Shown piece after piece: positions 34,434 to 45,086 of a DNA stretch of 64,000 nt. The stretch covers positions 186,001-250,000 of the IMG/VR virus record IMGVR_UViG_3300020380_000001. One strand, given 5' to 3'. The notes beneath the pieces are model-generated. The model was not told where the DNA came from. It searched no databases and worked only from the letters and a program-made list of their open reading frames with translations. The first letter of the stretch is position 1, and every line of letters begins with the position of its first letter. Position numbers and translations under genes: made by a program.

Positions 34434-36848
34434 TTATCCTGGGATTTGGAAAAGGACAAACACCCTCGCATAGTATGTCGGCAAACCATTAAGGTTATTT
34501 GCGCCCGTGTTAGCACGTGACATTGCCATCTGCCATTGACCCACATTCTCTTGTGTAGTCTTAGGCAAGTCTGGGTCAGTATAGCTTGTGCCGTTTGGAT
34601 CAGTCATAAACAATTGTTGGTCGACAATCTCTGTCGTGTCTATGATGTTCCATTTACCGGTTACCAAGTTCTGAGCATAAATCATACAAGCAACGGGTGG
34701 CAAGTTATAACCGGAGAACGTAAAGCCAGTTAAGTTCTGCTCGTCTGCGGTGATGTACTCTATTGTCACGCCTGCAGAGTGTTGTGTCGCTGCCTGATCA
34801 AACGTGTCGCCTGCTTGGTACTGGAATACAGCCCATTCATATCCGCCTGTGCCACTGCCGCCAGAACCAGCTGGTGCTGTTAGTGCGAACGTGCCAGCGC
34901 CTAAGTCGATTGAACCAGTAACGTTACCGCCTGATTGCGACAATGTAGGCAATGCTGTAATCTCAGACCACGCATGGGTGTGGGCACTTGGCGGGAACTC
35001 AGTCGGTACATCAGATAAGTCGTTATAACTATATGTTGCAGATCCGCCGGTTGGGGTAGCCGCTACCCATTGTCCACTCTGATACGTCAGTACATCGCCT
35101 TCAGTACCCGTAGGGAAGTCAGTAATGTCACTAAATGAGTGAGTATGCGCACTAGGTGCAAACGTGCTAGGTACATTTGTTAGGTTGCTGTAATTACCAT
35201 CAAACGGCGTGTACACTTCCCACGTCAACGTGCCGTAACGTATGCTCTGCCCTTGTGTCGGTGACAAGTCAAACAAGTTATAAAACTGTTCGAAACCCAG
35301 CTGCCCGTTACCGTCTGTTACCATCACTTCGCCAGCATTGCCATCAGCAGTTGGTAAGTTGAATCCGTCTATAGTAAACGACCCTGTAGTTAAGTCGCCA
35401 CCTAGTACAGGATTAGTGTCGTCCGACACTGCCGTTAACCCGTTAGCCGAAATCGTAGCCGCTACCCACTCAGTACCATTATAACGAAGTACTTGGCCTG
35501 ACGTTGCGCCTGACACGTCTGTATCAGTTAGTGCTGCGAGTGACGTTGCTGCGCTTTGTGGCGCTTGTGCTAGCCACTGCGTACCGTTCCACGTTAGTAG
35601 ATCACCGCTTGTGCTGCCTTGCGGGAAGCCAGTAATCTGACCAAATGTATGGGTGTGAGCACTTGGCGTAAACGACGTAGGTTTATTCTGTATAGCTGAC
35701 CATTCCGGGTTAGCAGATGAATCACTAACATTTACTACAAGAGTTCCGTCTGCAAGGTTTAATGTGCCCGAATCAATGTTCTGACCAGTTACAGGGATAT
35801 CAGTCGGTTTGTTCTGTACAAGATTCCAGTACGTCTGCCCTGTCGTATTGGCTTGTGCTACCCAACCGCCAGTATTAGAGTTCCATACTAGAATTTGGCC
35901 GTTAGCTGTACCTTGCGGGATTGTACCCTGCGGTGCATCTGATATAACCCAAGTAGATCCATCCCAAGTAAAGATCTGTCCAGGGGACGTACCAATTGGC
36001 AAATTGCCATTACGGATCTTGTCAAACTTTAATGAACCGTCTGAGTCTACAACTAATATATCACCTGCGCTACCAACAGCGTCAGGGAATAAGTATCCAC
36101 TAATACCAACACGGCCTTGGTCGCCGCCTTCGAGCATTAAGTCATCGCTGCCATCTGCGCGTATAGTAGACGGTCCGTCACCGGTGTCGAATATAATGCC
36201 GCCTTCGCCAGTAATAGCCTGCCCATTAGTCTTTAATGGCGCGCTAAGTGTCGGGTCAGGATCACCGAATAAGCTAAACGATCCGCCTGTTCCTCCGTCG
36301 CCGCCGCTTCCGCCGGTGCCGCCAACTTGTCCTACATACACATAGCCCTCTACTGTAAGGCCAGTACCAACATTAGGCACATTGTTTACAAATTGTAGTA
36401 CGCCAGACACGTAATCAAATACCCACTCAAAACCATTGTTAAGTGGGTTTAACGAGTTAGCCGGATCCACTGTATTGTCGCTATAAACTTTTAATAGGTA
36501 ATCAGATCCAAACGACGGTGGGATCCAATTCCTTACACGGTTAGCAGGGTCAGTAGTAGAGCCATTCGGATCTACTAGAGCAAGCCATGCTTTGTTACCA
36601 GGTACTGTGGGGTCGGGCACTAACGTCACCGCGTCTGTACCCGTACGAAGTTCTATTTGTGACGTAGTGATAAGAGGGGCAGTAGTCGGTATTACTGAAG
36701 CTTCACTCCAAACGAAACGCGCATCTACCACTATCGGACTGGCTATCGTTTCGTTAGCTGCCGCCTTACCGCCTATGTTGGTGTTCGAGACACCAAATAT
36801 AAGCTTCTTCCACAAATAATCAACTTTTTGACTATCACTAATTGCCAT
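34434..36848 (-). CDS. tail fibre protein
   Basis: Repeated GQ/GD-[IVL]-L-x-[WY]-[DN]-G..W units and three AHTH (HxH) motifs typical of trimeric fibres. Confidence 0.75.
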   Translation of the reverse strand: MAISDSQKVDYLWKKLIFGVSNTNIGGKAAANETIASPIVVDARFVWSEASVIPTTAPLITTSQIELRTGTDAVTLVPDPTVPGNKAWLALVDPNGSTTDPANRVRNWIPPSFGSDYLLKVYSDNTVDPANSLNPLNNGFEWVFDYVSGVLQFVNNVPNVGTGLTVEGYVYVGQVGGTGGSGGDGGTGGSFSLFGDPDPTLSAPLKTNGQAITGEGGIIFDTGDGPSTIRADGSDDLMLEGGDQGRVGISGYLFPDAVGSAGDILVVDSDGSLKFDKIRNGNLPIGTSPGQIFTWDGSTWVISDAPQGTIPQGTANGQILVWNSNTGGWVAQANTTGQTYWNLVQNKPTDIPVTGQNIDSGTLNLADGTLVVNVSDSSANPEWSAIQNKPTSFTPSAHTHTFGQITGFPQGSTSGDLLTWNGTQWLAQAPQSAATSLAALTDTDVSGATSGQVLRYNGTEWVAATISANGLTAVSDDTNPVLGGDLTTGSFTIDGFNLPTADGNAGEVMVTDGNGQLGFEQFYNLFDLSPTQGQSIRYGTLTWEVYTPFDGNYSNLTNVPSTFAPSAHTHSFSDITDFPTGTEGDVLTYQSGQWVAATPTGGSATYSYNDLSDVPTEFPPSAHTHAWSEITALPTLSQSGGNVTGSIDLGAGTFALTAPAGSGGSGTGGYEWAVFQYQAGDTFDQAATQHSAGVTIEYITADEQNLTGFTFSGYNLPPVACMIYAQNLVTGKWNIIDTTEIVDQQLFMTDPNGTSYTDPDLPKTTQENVGQWQMAMSRANTGANNLNGLPTYYARVFVLFQIPG

Positions 36849-36858
36849 GTCTTATCCT

Positions 36859-38946
36859 TTACTTGATCTCTATGCCCGTAATAGAATCATTTGCTTCCAT
36901 ACGGAAACGAACATAAATCTTGTTATCCGTTGCGTTCGTAGATGTCTCAGTACCGAATGTGGCTGTGAATGTACCGGATGATCCAGTTGCTACTGAACCT
37001 AGTGCGCACCCTACTGTGGGAACACCAGCACCGCCGTATAGTTGGAACATATCCCACCAACCAGCAACGCCAGGTATCTGTACTTCAAGGCCACTGTATG
37101 TGCCTGTGACTTGAATATCAAATAACGATACTGCCGAGCGTCTAAACTCAACTGTAAAATATTGCACGGCTGCCTTACCGGAGTAGTCAGGTCCAGCTGG
37201 TAGGTATCCACTTGTATAATCAGTGTTGTCGTGACGCATAACGCCACCTACTACCGTTGCCTCGTCTGGTGCTACTAACGTGGTAGAATCCCATGCAGAA
37301 AAATCACTAGTATTTACACGATATCCATTTGTACTTGCGCCAGAAGGAATGCTGCCTAAACTAGACCTAACCGGTATAGTGAGCTCTTTAACCGGTGATG
37401 TCGGGTTACCACTCATCACTAATAATGTCGCAGGAATATTAGTCTTAGATGAGCTATTATCCGGGTTATGCGATACTAGGCCGAGGCTACTTGTTGTGTG
37501 CACGTTGCCACCGATAGTGAATACCGCACCAGTAAAGGATGCGCTTGCCAAGTCTTTATCAAATACCGCAGGAAGACCGTTGGAGCCTGGACTAATTGAC
37601 ACACTAGATCCAGTACCGTTAGTTGAGCTTATAACGAATACGCCAGATGACTTATATGCATTAGTTGCTAGGTTAGTACCCGTGCCGTCTATAGTAATAG
37701 TCGTGCCACTTGCGTAGTGCGGTATGCCAGAAGAATGATCTAAGACAGAGTTAGATACACTATAAGAGTCAATTGTTGCTGTAGTAGCAGGCGCAGCGGT
37801 GTCGTATAACACAGAAGCAGTGTTAGTTTCACCCGACTCATTGTGTGACATCTTAGCCTGGTTCAAGCCCACTGGCATATTAACACCGCGTATACGCGCA
37901 CTTAAGTCTTGGAAGAATCCAGGGGTCTCAACCGGAAAGTCGTTGTTGGCTGTGATGACAAGCGAAGCATCAGTACCACTATTGTCTGTACCGTCTAACG
38001 CAATAGATCCATCTACTACACCGTTTATTACAGCATCAAGAACGCCGCTATTGCCAGAGCCAAAGCCACTAACAACGTTAGTCTGCGGAATAGACGTGGT
38101 GCGTGATGATATATCATCACCAGCAGCAGGACCCGCACCAGTATTGTCGATATAATTGTTCGCATATTTTAAGCCGCTTGTATTACCAAACGACAGTGTC
38201 TTAGTACTGAGTAGCGCAGGCGCATCAGGAAGTAACAAACCTACAATTTCATTTAAGCTGTCAAATGCGTCTACTATCTTACTAGTACTTAGTAAGCCTT
38301 GTACCGCCGGAGTCTTGCCGCCAGCTACTCGCGGATCATCAAAATCACCGTCTTGCGGTAATGCACCAAATTCAGGCACAGTTAAGCCGCCACCGGAGCC
38401 ACTCGGCAAGTCTATAGCGATCCATGCATCAGTAGCCGCGTCATACGCTAACACCTGGCCATCAGTTGCTGCGGGGAATTCTGCGGTAGACTGATCTACT
38501 GCGATCCATGTTGAATTAGTTGCATCCCAAGCAAGCACTTGGCCGTCAGTAACGTTGGTCGGCATTTGTACAGAGCTGTCAGGTACTGCTACCCATTGTG
38601 TACCGTCCCACTTGATGATGTCATTTACGTTTACATTAGTAGACGAAAGTTGTACAGAGCTGTCAGGTACTGCTACCCATTGTGTACCGTCCCACTTGAT
38701 GATGTCATTTACGTTTACGCCGTCAGGTACATTACTACTGCCGCCGCCTGATCCAGACACTGTCAGTAATACAAGGTTGTTACTCGCATCAACACCAACG
38801 ACTTGGTTTGGTGTAGCCGTGTCTTTACCTAGTATGTTTAACTCACGTATGCCTACCGCGCTTTCTTGGATGTCTTCGGAGGCAACACCACTGTCCTTAA
38901 TTACTTCGGAGGTTACTCTTGTTAATCCTCGTCTAGCCATAGTCAT
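36859..38946 (-). CDS. tail fibre/virion protein
   Basis: GQVLAWD/KWDGTQW repeats; internal tandem duplication. Confidence 0.75.
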   Translation of the reverse strand: MTMARRGLTRVTSEVIKDSGVASEDIQESAVGIRELNILGKDTATPNQVVGVDASNNLVLLTVSGSGGGSSNVPDGVNVNDIIKWDGTQWVAVPDSSVQLSSTNVNVNDIIKWDGTQWVAVPDSSVQMPTNVTDGQVLAWDATNSTWIAVDQSTAEFPAATDGQVLAYDAATDAWIAIDLPSGSGGGLTVPEFGALPQDGDFDDPRVAGGKTPAVQGLLSTSKIVDAFDSLNEIVGLLLPDAPALLSTKTLSFGNTSGLKYANNYIDNTGAGPAAGDDISSRTTSIPQTNVVSGFGSGNSGVLDAVINGVVDGSIALDGTDNSGTDASLVITANNDFPVETPGFFQDLSARIRGVNMPVGLNQAKMSHNESGETNTASVLYDTAAPATTATIDSYSVSNSVLDHSSGIPHYASGTTITIDGTGTNLATNAYKSSGVFVISSTNGTGSSVSISPGSNGLPAVFDKDLASASFTGAVFTIGGNVHTTSSLGLVSHNPDNSSSKTNIPATLLVMSGNPTSPVKELTIPVRSSLGSIPSGASTNGYRVNTSDFSAWDSTTLVAPDEATVVGGVMRHDNTDYTSGYLPAGPDYSGKAAVQYFTVEFRRSAVSLFDIQVTGTYSGLEVQIPGVAGWWDMFQLYGGAGVPTVGCALGSVATGSSGTFTATFGTETSTNATDNKIYVRFRMEANDSITGIEIK
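38566..38718. repeat. perfect 69-bp direct repeat, 84-bp period
   Basis: 38566..38634 = 38650..38718; encodes VNVNDIIKWDGTQWVAVPDSSVQ twice. Confidence 0.95.
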
Positions 38947-40502
38947 TAATCCTTATACATATTGATAATTGACCAATCAGTGCCGTTGTGATACAGCGTT
39001 ACTGATGCGTATGGCTGCGTAAGTGTTAGTGACACCTGTCCATCAATTGGCTGATTAGCGTTAATCGTTATATTACCTGTGCCCGCAACGTCTTTAATAG
39101 TCAATTGCTTGCCTGCATCAGCGATCATCATATTCGGTAATGTGATTACTGTGTTAGGCTGCGTAACACTTATTACACCGTCAAGAGGGTCTGCGGTGTA
39201 GGTAGAGGTAGACACTCTAACGTGGCCACCAGTAAGTCTGTTGCTGATTTCGATTACATCATTGACCACGCGCATGCACAAGCCCGGGCCAGTACGTAGT
39301 GTTCTGATATCACCGTCTTGGTTGACTAGTTGATAACCGTTGCCCGCGTTGTTTACTGCTGATTGTGTAGGCGCAGTAATATCACGACCAATTATCAAGT
39401 CGCCATTTACGTCTACATCTATGCGAATATCATCAGCTGCCGTTATTGACGGCACGTCTGGTATTGCGTTAATTTGGTCTTTTAGTGCCTGCGATAAAGC
39501 AAAGTCAACAGTATCGGCATTCTCGGTCACGATTATATCATCATCGCCCCGCATTCTACGCATATGAAGTTCATAGCCAGTCTTAGTTCTACGCAACTCC
39601 TTGAGGTTTCGAGCCCCGTCTTCGGTTATATAGAACGCCGCCATTGCACATGCGCAACCGTCAGTTTCATCATCGTTGGACTCAAACGTAATGCCCAGTA
39701 TTTCGACCTCTGTCTGGTTGTCTGGAATCTCGTTTAGTCTGAATATAGTAGAACCGTCAGTCTGCGGTATTACTTCAAATGTTTGTCTACCCTGCTTAAT
39801 ACCATCTAGTGTCAATATAATCTTAGATCCAATTGCCGACCAAGGCACAGGAAAGTCAGCAGTCGTACCATCAGCGACATAGTTAGCAACAGAAAATGTA
39901 TTGTCAGGATAACCACGTAGACCGAATACCTCTATCTCGACGCCCGCGGGGATGTCTTCAACGAATCGTATCGCTGATTCACCGTCTGCTGGGTAGAATA
40001 GGTCGTATGCGCCGGTGTGCTGTATAACACCATCTAGTGTCACTATAAGCGAGGCTGTATTAGTCGCGTACCACGGCAAGCCAAAGTCGCGCTGAGCGCC
40101 AGGCGCTACACGAGTAAAGAGACCAAGACGCGATGCTGTTAAAGTTTGGAACCCGTAAACTTCTAATCGCTGACCTTCTACTAAATTATCACTAAACTCC
40201 AATACAGTAACAGAGTCGCCGATGTTTATAGAGAATGTGTCAACGTGTTGCTTAACACCGTCTATAGTAACAAGCAAACTTGTCGTAGAGATGGCACGCC
40301 AAGGCAATGTGAATCTCGTTTCGTTACTCATCACATCTAGTTGGAAACATTCAATAGTTTCGCTTATTGTTGGTTCTTTGGTGCCGCCCGGGACTTTAGG
40401 TAAGGTACCGCCATGCTCGCCTGATAAAACAAGACAGCCTTCTGCCATAATCTTTAAAGCGAGTGATTGACTGTAAAGAGTGTTGCATGCATTAATAGCC
40501 AT
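38946..40502 (-). CDS. virion structural protein with triple internal repeat
   Basis: Three [VL]T[IL]DG[VI].Q...F...G..[LIV]E[VI].G units. Confidence 0.75.
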   Translation of the reverse strand: MAINACNTLYSQSLALKIMAEGCLVLSGEHGGTLPKVPGGTKEPTISETIECFQLDVMSNETRFTLPWRAISTTSLLVTIDGVKQHVDTFSINIGDSVTVLEFSDNLVEGQRLEVYGFQTLTASRLGLFTRVAPGAQRDFGLPWYATNTASLIVTLDGVIQHTGAYDLFYPADGESAIRFVEDIPAGVEIEVFGLRGYPDNTFSVANYVADGTTADFPVPWSAIGSKIILTLDGIKQGRQTFEVIPQTDGSTIFRLNEIPDNQTEVEILGITFESNDDETDGCACAMAAFYITEDGARNLKELRRTKTGYELHMRRMRGDDDIIVTENADTVDFALSQALKDQINAIPDVPSITAADDIRIDVDVNGDLIIGRDITAPTQSAVNNAGNGYQLVNQDGDIRTLRTGPGLCMRVVNDVIEISNRLTGGHVRVSTSTYTADPLDGVISVTQPNTVITLPNMMIADAGKQLTIKDVAGTGNITINANQPIDGQVSLTLTQPYASVTLYHNGTDWSIINMYKD

Positions 40503-40513
40503 ATGTCACCTCC

Positions 40514-40927
40514 TTATAGACTTAACAGAACTTTGTCTATCGCACCGTGTGTAAGCTTAAGATCAGGGATCTGTAAACTATCAGTGCTTATGTAACTTCT
40601 GTCTTGCACAAAGCGTAAGAACGTGAAGTTACCGCAGAAGGTAAATGCCGCAACGCCAGACTCAGGATCATCGTTTAATGGGAATTCGATGAAGGCGCCG
40701 TCACAAGAACACGTATAGCCTCGTAACGTTATATCAAACCAATCGTTGTCGTCTGGGTTTAGTGAAAGGGTGCCTTGTATCTTTATACGGCCTATGAAAT
40801 CCTGATAGTGGATAGACACGGTGTGCAGGCCATCTACACTACCGTACCATCCGTCAGCGCGTACACGCTCGCCTACATAATTCCATTCTTGACCTGTATT
40901 AGATGTAAGAAGAACGGGTTGTCTCAT
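40514..40927 (-). CDS. conserved-looking structural-module protein
   Basis: 137 aa; CTAAATAC upstream; GGAGG RBS for the next gene. Confidence 0.75.
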   Translation of the reverse strand: MRQPVLLTSNTGQEWNYVGERVRADGWYGSVDGLHTVSIHYQDFIGRIKIQGTLSLNPDDNDWFDITLRGYTCSCDGAFIEFPLNDDPESGVAAFTFCGNFTFLRFVQDRSYISTDSLQIPDLKLTHGAIDKVLLSL

Positions 40928-40980
40928 TGGGTATCCTACTAGAAAGTTTTATCTTTCCAGTATTTAGTGATACCATTTTA

Positions 40981-41826
40981 TTAGCCGGCTACTAGACCGT
41001 ATTGTAATACCGCCAGTGATAGTGATTCTTTCGGGATTCCTAGTACAGAGATATCGTCTAGATGAAGCTCGATGGCGTCCCGTAGTTCTGCGGGTAGTTG
41101 ACCTTTGTTCATGCTGTGGTCCATGATATAACACCCGTAGCGATAGAAGTCCATCAAATCAGTTTTGGACGGCATAAACACAGGCTTGCCCATAGTGATA
41201 GTCCAGCCTGTACTTTCTGTTTTAGATTCAGTCATGCCGTTACAGCGACTAATCACAGTGTTAGGTATACCGATAGTCGTCTCGTCACGGACTAGTTTCA
41301 CCACCGTCTCATAGTCTTCTTTAAAGTTAAGCACAACAATAGCGTTGACCATTCGCATACATATCTCGTCATTGCGCTTATCGTTATGAAGTCCAAATGT
41401 GCGGTGGTGTGCTATGATATAGAAGCTGCCTGTTTCAGGATCCAGCTTTAAGATGTCGAGTGTACCGTTCATCATACGCAGATAATACTTGTCGTCACCA
41501 AACTGGTAAGCTACACAGCAATCAAGGCCTGTATTCACATACATCAAGTCAGATGCAATTTTTAATTGGCCGTCGAAGTCGTCTTCCCGGACTGCCGCTA
41601 AAAATGTTTTAGAACTGCGGTACATCTTTACGCGTGGTGACTTGAATTGTTTCTCAATCACATATGTTACGTCACGTACCCACTTTTCTACGCGAGCAGA
41701 GTGATGTTTCAGATCTAGTACCTCTGCAGGTGATAGATAAGAAGTCTTCTTTTTGTGCACGTCGAGTAAGGTAGTCAAGCAAGCAATAAACGACGGTATC
41801 GATTTTGTATACTGTTTTTGATGCAT
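40981..41826 (-). CDS. C-terminal-tag array member 16
   Basis: Ends IPKESLSLAVLQYGLVAG. Confidence 0.8.
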   Translation of the reverse strand: MHQKQYTKSIPSFIACLTTLLDVHKKKTSYLSPAEVLDLKHHSARVEKWVRDVTYVIEKQFKSPRVKMYRSSKTFLAAVREDDFDGQLKIASDLMYVNTGLDCCVAYQFGDDKYYLRMMNGTLDILKLDPETGSFYIIAHHRTFGLHNDKRNDEICMRMVNAIVVLNFKEDYETVVKLVRDETTIGIPNTVISRCNGMTESKTESTGWTITMGKPVFMPSKTDLMDFYRYGCYIMDHSMNKGQLPAELRDAIELHLDDISVLGIPKESLSLAVLQYGLVAG

Positions 41827-41828
41827 AA

Positions 41829-42695
41829 TTAATCCACTACTTGGTACTGGTCCTCAATACCGTTTAATTTGATTTGTGCTATTATACGGTTCTTAACCTC
41901 GTCGTCAAGGTTTTTTACGCGGCCAAGCTCATTTATGTTGATAGTTTGGTTATAAGAATAGCCGTGATCGTTTAATAGCTCGCCTGTCTTTGGTTTTCCT
42001 ACATCACTTATGTACTCTACTGTGCTATCAAGCAACGGACCGTAACGTCTGAGTACCAACCATCCTTTCTTATACTCGATACCATGAGTCCCAAAGCTAT
42101 GGTCTATCAAAGCCAGCTTCGAGTTGCCGTCTGTGATATTACTATCCGGGATTTCTTCACAGTATTGAATTGTATCAATACGACCTGTCTGCGCGACAGT
42201 ATGGTAACGCACGAACTTTCTGTCGCTGCGCACTACTAGCGAACAATTACCGACGGTTCCTTTGACTGCGTGTATCTCATAGCTCGGACTGTCATCAACA
42301 CCTGCCGGTGTAAGATTCATTTTGGTAGACACATCTGGGCTGCCTACTCGGTCGGCCGTGCGCGTTATTGTTATGAAGTATTTCCCGGACTCAGGAAGCC
42401 CGGTGCTGATCCTCATGACACGCCGCAGGGCACTAAATGCGACAACGTTTATCTTTGCGCCAGAACTCGTAGTAAATTTAGACTTAGTACCATGTAAAAT
42501 AGGCTCGTTTAATTCGTTCCATTCAAACTCGCTTTCTACATAGTCAAAAAATAGGTTAGCAGCCGTGTTCACTTGTACTATCAAGTGGCGCAGTTTGGCA
42601 GCATCTGTAGCCGGGTGTTCTAGTGAAAATACCGTTTCAAGTCTCCTAACAATAATCTTTAGGTTAGCTTCGGCGATATCAAGAATACTTTCCAT
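41829..42695 (-). CDS. C-terminal-tag array member 15
   Basis: Ends LDDEVKNRIIAQIKLNGIED... Confidence 0.8.
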   Translation of the reverse strand: MESILDIAEANLKIIVRRLETVFSLEHPATDAAKLRHLIVQVNTAANLFFDYVESEFEWNELNEPILHGTKSKFTTSSGAKINVVAFSALRRVMRISTGLPESGKYFITITRTADRVGSPDVSTKMNLTPAGVDDSPSYEIHAVKGTVGNCSLVVRSDRKFVRYHTVAQTGRIDTIQYCEEIPDSNITDGNSKLALIDHSFGTHGIEYKKGWLVLRRYGPLLDSTVEYISDVGKPKTGELLNDHGYSYNQTININELGRVKNLDDEVKNRIIAQIKLNGIEDQYQVVD

Positions 42696-43531
42696 TATTT
42701 TAAGTCTCCCCTAAGGCGCAATTTCGCTATAGTTTCGGCTTTTTCTTCATCGGATAAATTGTCAATCTCCATGAAACGGTTTGCGCCTACTATGACACGG
42801 TACTGATTGTTAAATTCACCAACCAAATCGCCTGCGACAGATGTCAATAACGGTACTACATCCGATGTTATCTCGTCCACTATTCTTAACTTGTTACTGT
42901 CCGCATGCTTCGTCACCAACCAACCGTTAATATGTCTGACATTGTTAGATGGATCCTGCGGGTAGACTGCACATTGCGCTACCGGCATGCCTCGTTCATC
43001 CTTGTCCGGGTCTTCTATCCTGTATACCATGAGCGATGTGTCGCCTAGATACATAATGTGAGTTTCGCCCGGGCTACGTAATACAACTGACGCGCCACGA
43101 TGCGGTTCGCGTGCTACGAAACATGATATATCGTTTCCTGCAGATTCAAACCCGTAAAAGGCAATGTCTGAATCCGTTACGAAGCTTACTATCCGATCGG
43201 GCCTGTGATTGTAATCAGGCGGTACTGTTTTATTATGCGATGCGGCGACTATATTAGCAGTCGTAAAACGGTAATAGTCAACCATTTTGCTGATCGCAGT
43301 GTGTGTCTTGCCGGAAAAATATATGGCACCTTGTATATCACCGCGTGTCACGTCCCAGTACATGGTACCCATCGAATGTAAGGCAGTAACACACCCTATT
43401 AAATCAAGAATAGTGCCTGATAAGGTATCTTTGATAGTTGTGCTTTTTATTGTAGCTAGCGAATCTTTGAGCTTAGCAGGGGCTTCAAGAACTGCCTCTG
43501 CTATTACTCTATCCATAGATGTAGTAGTCAT
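42695..43531 (-). CDS. C-terminal-tag array member 14
   Basis: Ends LSDEEKAETIAKLRLRGDLK. Confidence 0.8.
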   Translation of the reverse strand: MTTTSMDRVIAEAVLEAPAKLKDSLATIKSTTIKDTLSGTILDLIGCVTALHSMGTMYWDVTRGDIQGAIYFSGKTHTAISKMVDYYRFTTANIVAASHNKTVPPDYNHRPDRIVSFVTDSDIAFYGFESAGNDISCFVAREPHRGASVVLRSPGETHIMYLGDTSLMVYRIEDPDKDERGMPVAQCAVYPQDPSNNVRHINGWLVTKHADSNKLRIVDEITSDVVPLLTSVAGDLVGEFNNQYRVIVGANRFMEIDNLSDEEKAETIAKLRLRGDLK

Positions 43532-44274
43532 ACCATCCCCTGTATACGTAACATAGGCAGTGCTATATTATTGGCCAGTAAAGGTTCATATGTCGCTACT
43601 ACTGATTTCAAAGTATAGTACTCCACTCGCTCAACCAACCACCTGTGAACGGTCTTTATTTCAACCGAGTCACTGATTTTTTTCTTTTCCTGCGTTACTG
43701 CGTTGCTGTCTAGTGTGTTGAAATCAAATTCAGTAAACCACGACACACGATCATAATCACGGTTTTGTTCAGACGTAATTTTAATAAAACCTTGTTCCGA
43801 TGTTCCGATTGTGTCTGTCACCGTATACGAACCGTGGTAGCCGTGTGCTGGCACTACAAGATTATAACTAAGGTAACGATCACGTTCCATATCTTTAATG
43901 ATGAACTTGCTATTGTTTAATAAAGCAGTGTACTTGAGCGTTCCTCTACTATAAAGGCTAACTACATGGCTAGTAACTGTTCCGCGCTTGTAATCCACAT
44001 CGTATTGGGTAACAGGAGGCTTTGTTTGCTTAGCAGAGTTTCTCAGGCACCTATGATGCATGTGCATCATCATCGCAACCATTGGGCGTTTCTGCTTGTT
44101 GTGAAAGTTAAGGAACGCCCAGCGTACAAATAACATTAGACGCGCTTCGTCTGAATTTGGTAGAGACTTTAATGGCTTCCTAAAGCTGCGCGTTTTGTTG
44201 TGCGCTGATGCCAGATAAGCCCTAGTCGGCAGATATACGTCGTCCCATATATGATTAATCATCCCATATCCCAA
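43528..44274 (-). CDS. C-terminal-tag array member 13
   Basis: Ends NNIALPMLRIQGMV. Confidence 0.8.
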   Translation of the reverse strand: MGYGMINHIWDDVYLPTRAYLASAHNKTRSFRKPLKSLPNSDEARLMLFVRWAFLNFHNKQKRPMVAMMMHMHHRCLRNSAKQTKPPVTQYDVDYKRGTVTSHVVSLYSRGTLKYTALLNNSKFIIKDMERDRYLSYNLVVPAHGYHGSYTVTDTIGTSEQGFIKITSEQNRDYDRVSWFTEFDFNTLDSNAVTQEKKKISDSVEIKTVHRWLVERVEYYTLKSVVATYEPLLANNIALPMLRIQGMV

Positions 44275-45086
44275 TTTAATAATGCGTTACTCACAACTTC
44301 TTTTGAACAGAAGCCCCGTACCAATACCAATAAGTCACGTATGTTACCGAACGTTCTTGTTTCATCTTTACTGTCACGGTAAACCCACATAGAGCTAGTG
44401 AGTGTGAATTCTTCAGTATCAGAGTCATACGCGTAAGAGTGGTAATTCTTATCTAGTGTGTTCCAGTCAATTACCGTAGTCCATATTGAGTACGACATCA
44501 ACTTAGACGGGAACCCGTCTCTAGTTGTGCCTTTATAGTTCATACGGTATACTGACGTTTCTTTATAGCTGCGCCTAGAAGTAACGGTAAATTCTATTAG
44601 TCCTGTGCTAAACAGTCCACCTCGTAAGAATTCTACCAAGACCACAGCAAAACCATCACCAGTAGCCACTTCCGTTAACGTTACGCCCTTATGCGTCGAA
44701 TAATACACATTGTATACAAGTCGATCCTTAAAGTAAACATCAATATCAATGCCATATTCTCTGGCAGTTTGGTAGTGTACTTGTACCGTAATGTGGTAGT
44801 CAGTGTTGAAAGAAGTTTCTTCTTTTCCTATAGTCGTATTCATAACCTTTTCGATTGAACCACCGCCACATACTCCATAAAAGGACTTGAGCATGCGTTC
44901 TTTTAAGAGCCATGTACCGAGTGCGATGTCAGATTTATTCCCGTGCTTATTCTTCCTTAGTAGTGCACGACACACAGCATACCATGTCTTGCCATCTAAT
45001 ACTTGGCTATACACATTATGCGAGTTAGTGGCGTGATCGTGCATTGTAGAGAACAAATTACCAAACAGTTTCAAATTAACATCCAT
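44259..45086 (-). CDS. C-terminal-tag array member 12
   Basis: Ends SKEVVSNALLNWDMG (weak match). Confidence 0.75.
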   Translation of the reverse strand: MDVNLKLFGNLFSTMHDHATNSHNVYSQVLDGKTWYAVCRALLRKNKHGNKSDIALGTWLLKERMLKSFYGVCGGGSIEKVMNTTIGKEETSFNTDYHITVQVHYQTAREYGIDIDVYFKDRLVYNVYYSTHKGVTLTEVATGDGFAVVLVEFLRGGLFSTGLIEFTVTSRRSYKETSVYRMNYKGTTRDGFPSKLMSYSIWTTVIDWNTLDKNYHSYAYDSDTEEFTLTSSMWVYRDSKDETRTFGNIRDLLVLVRGFCSKEVVSNALLNWDMG

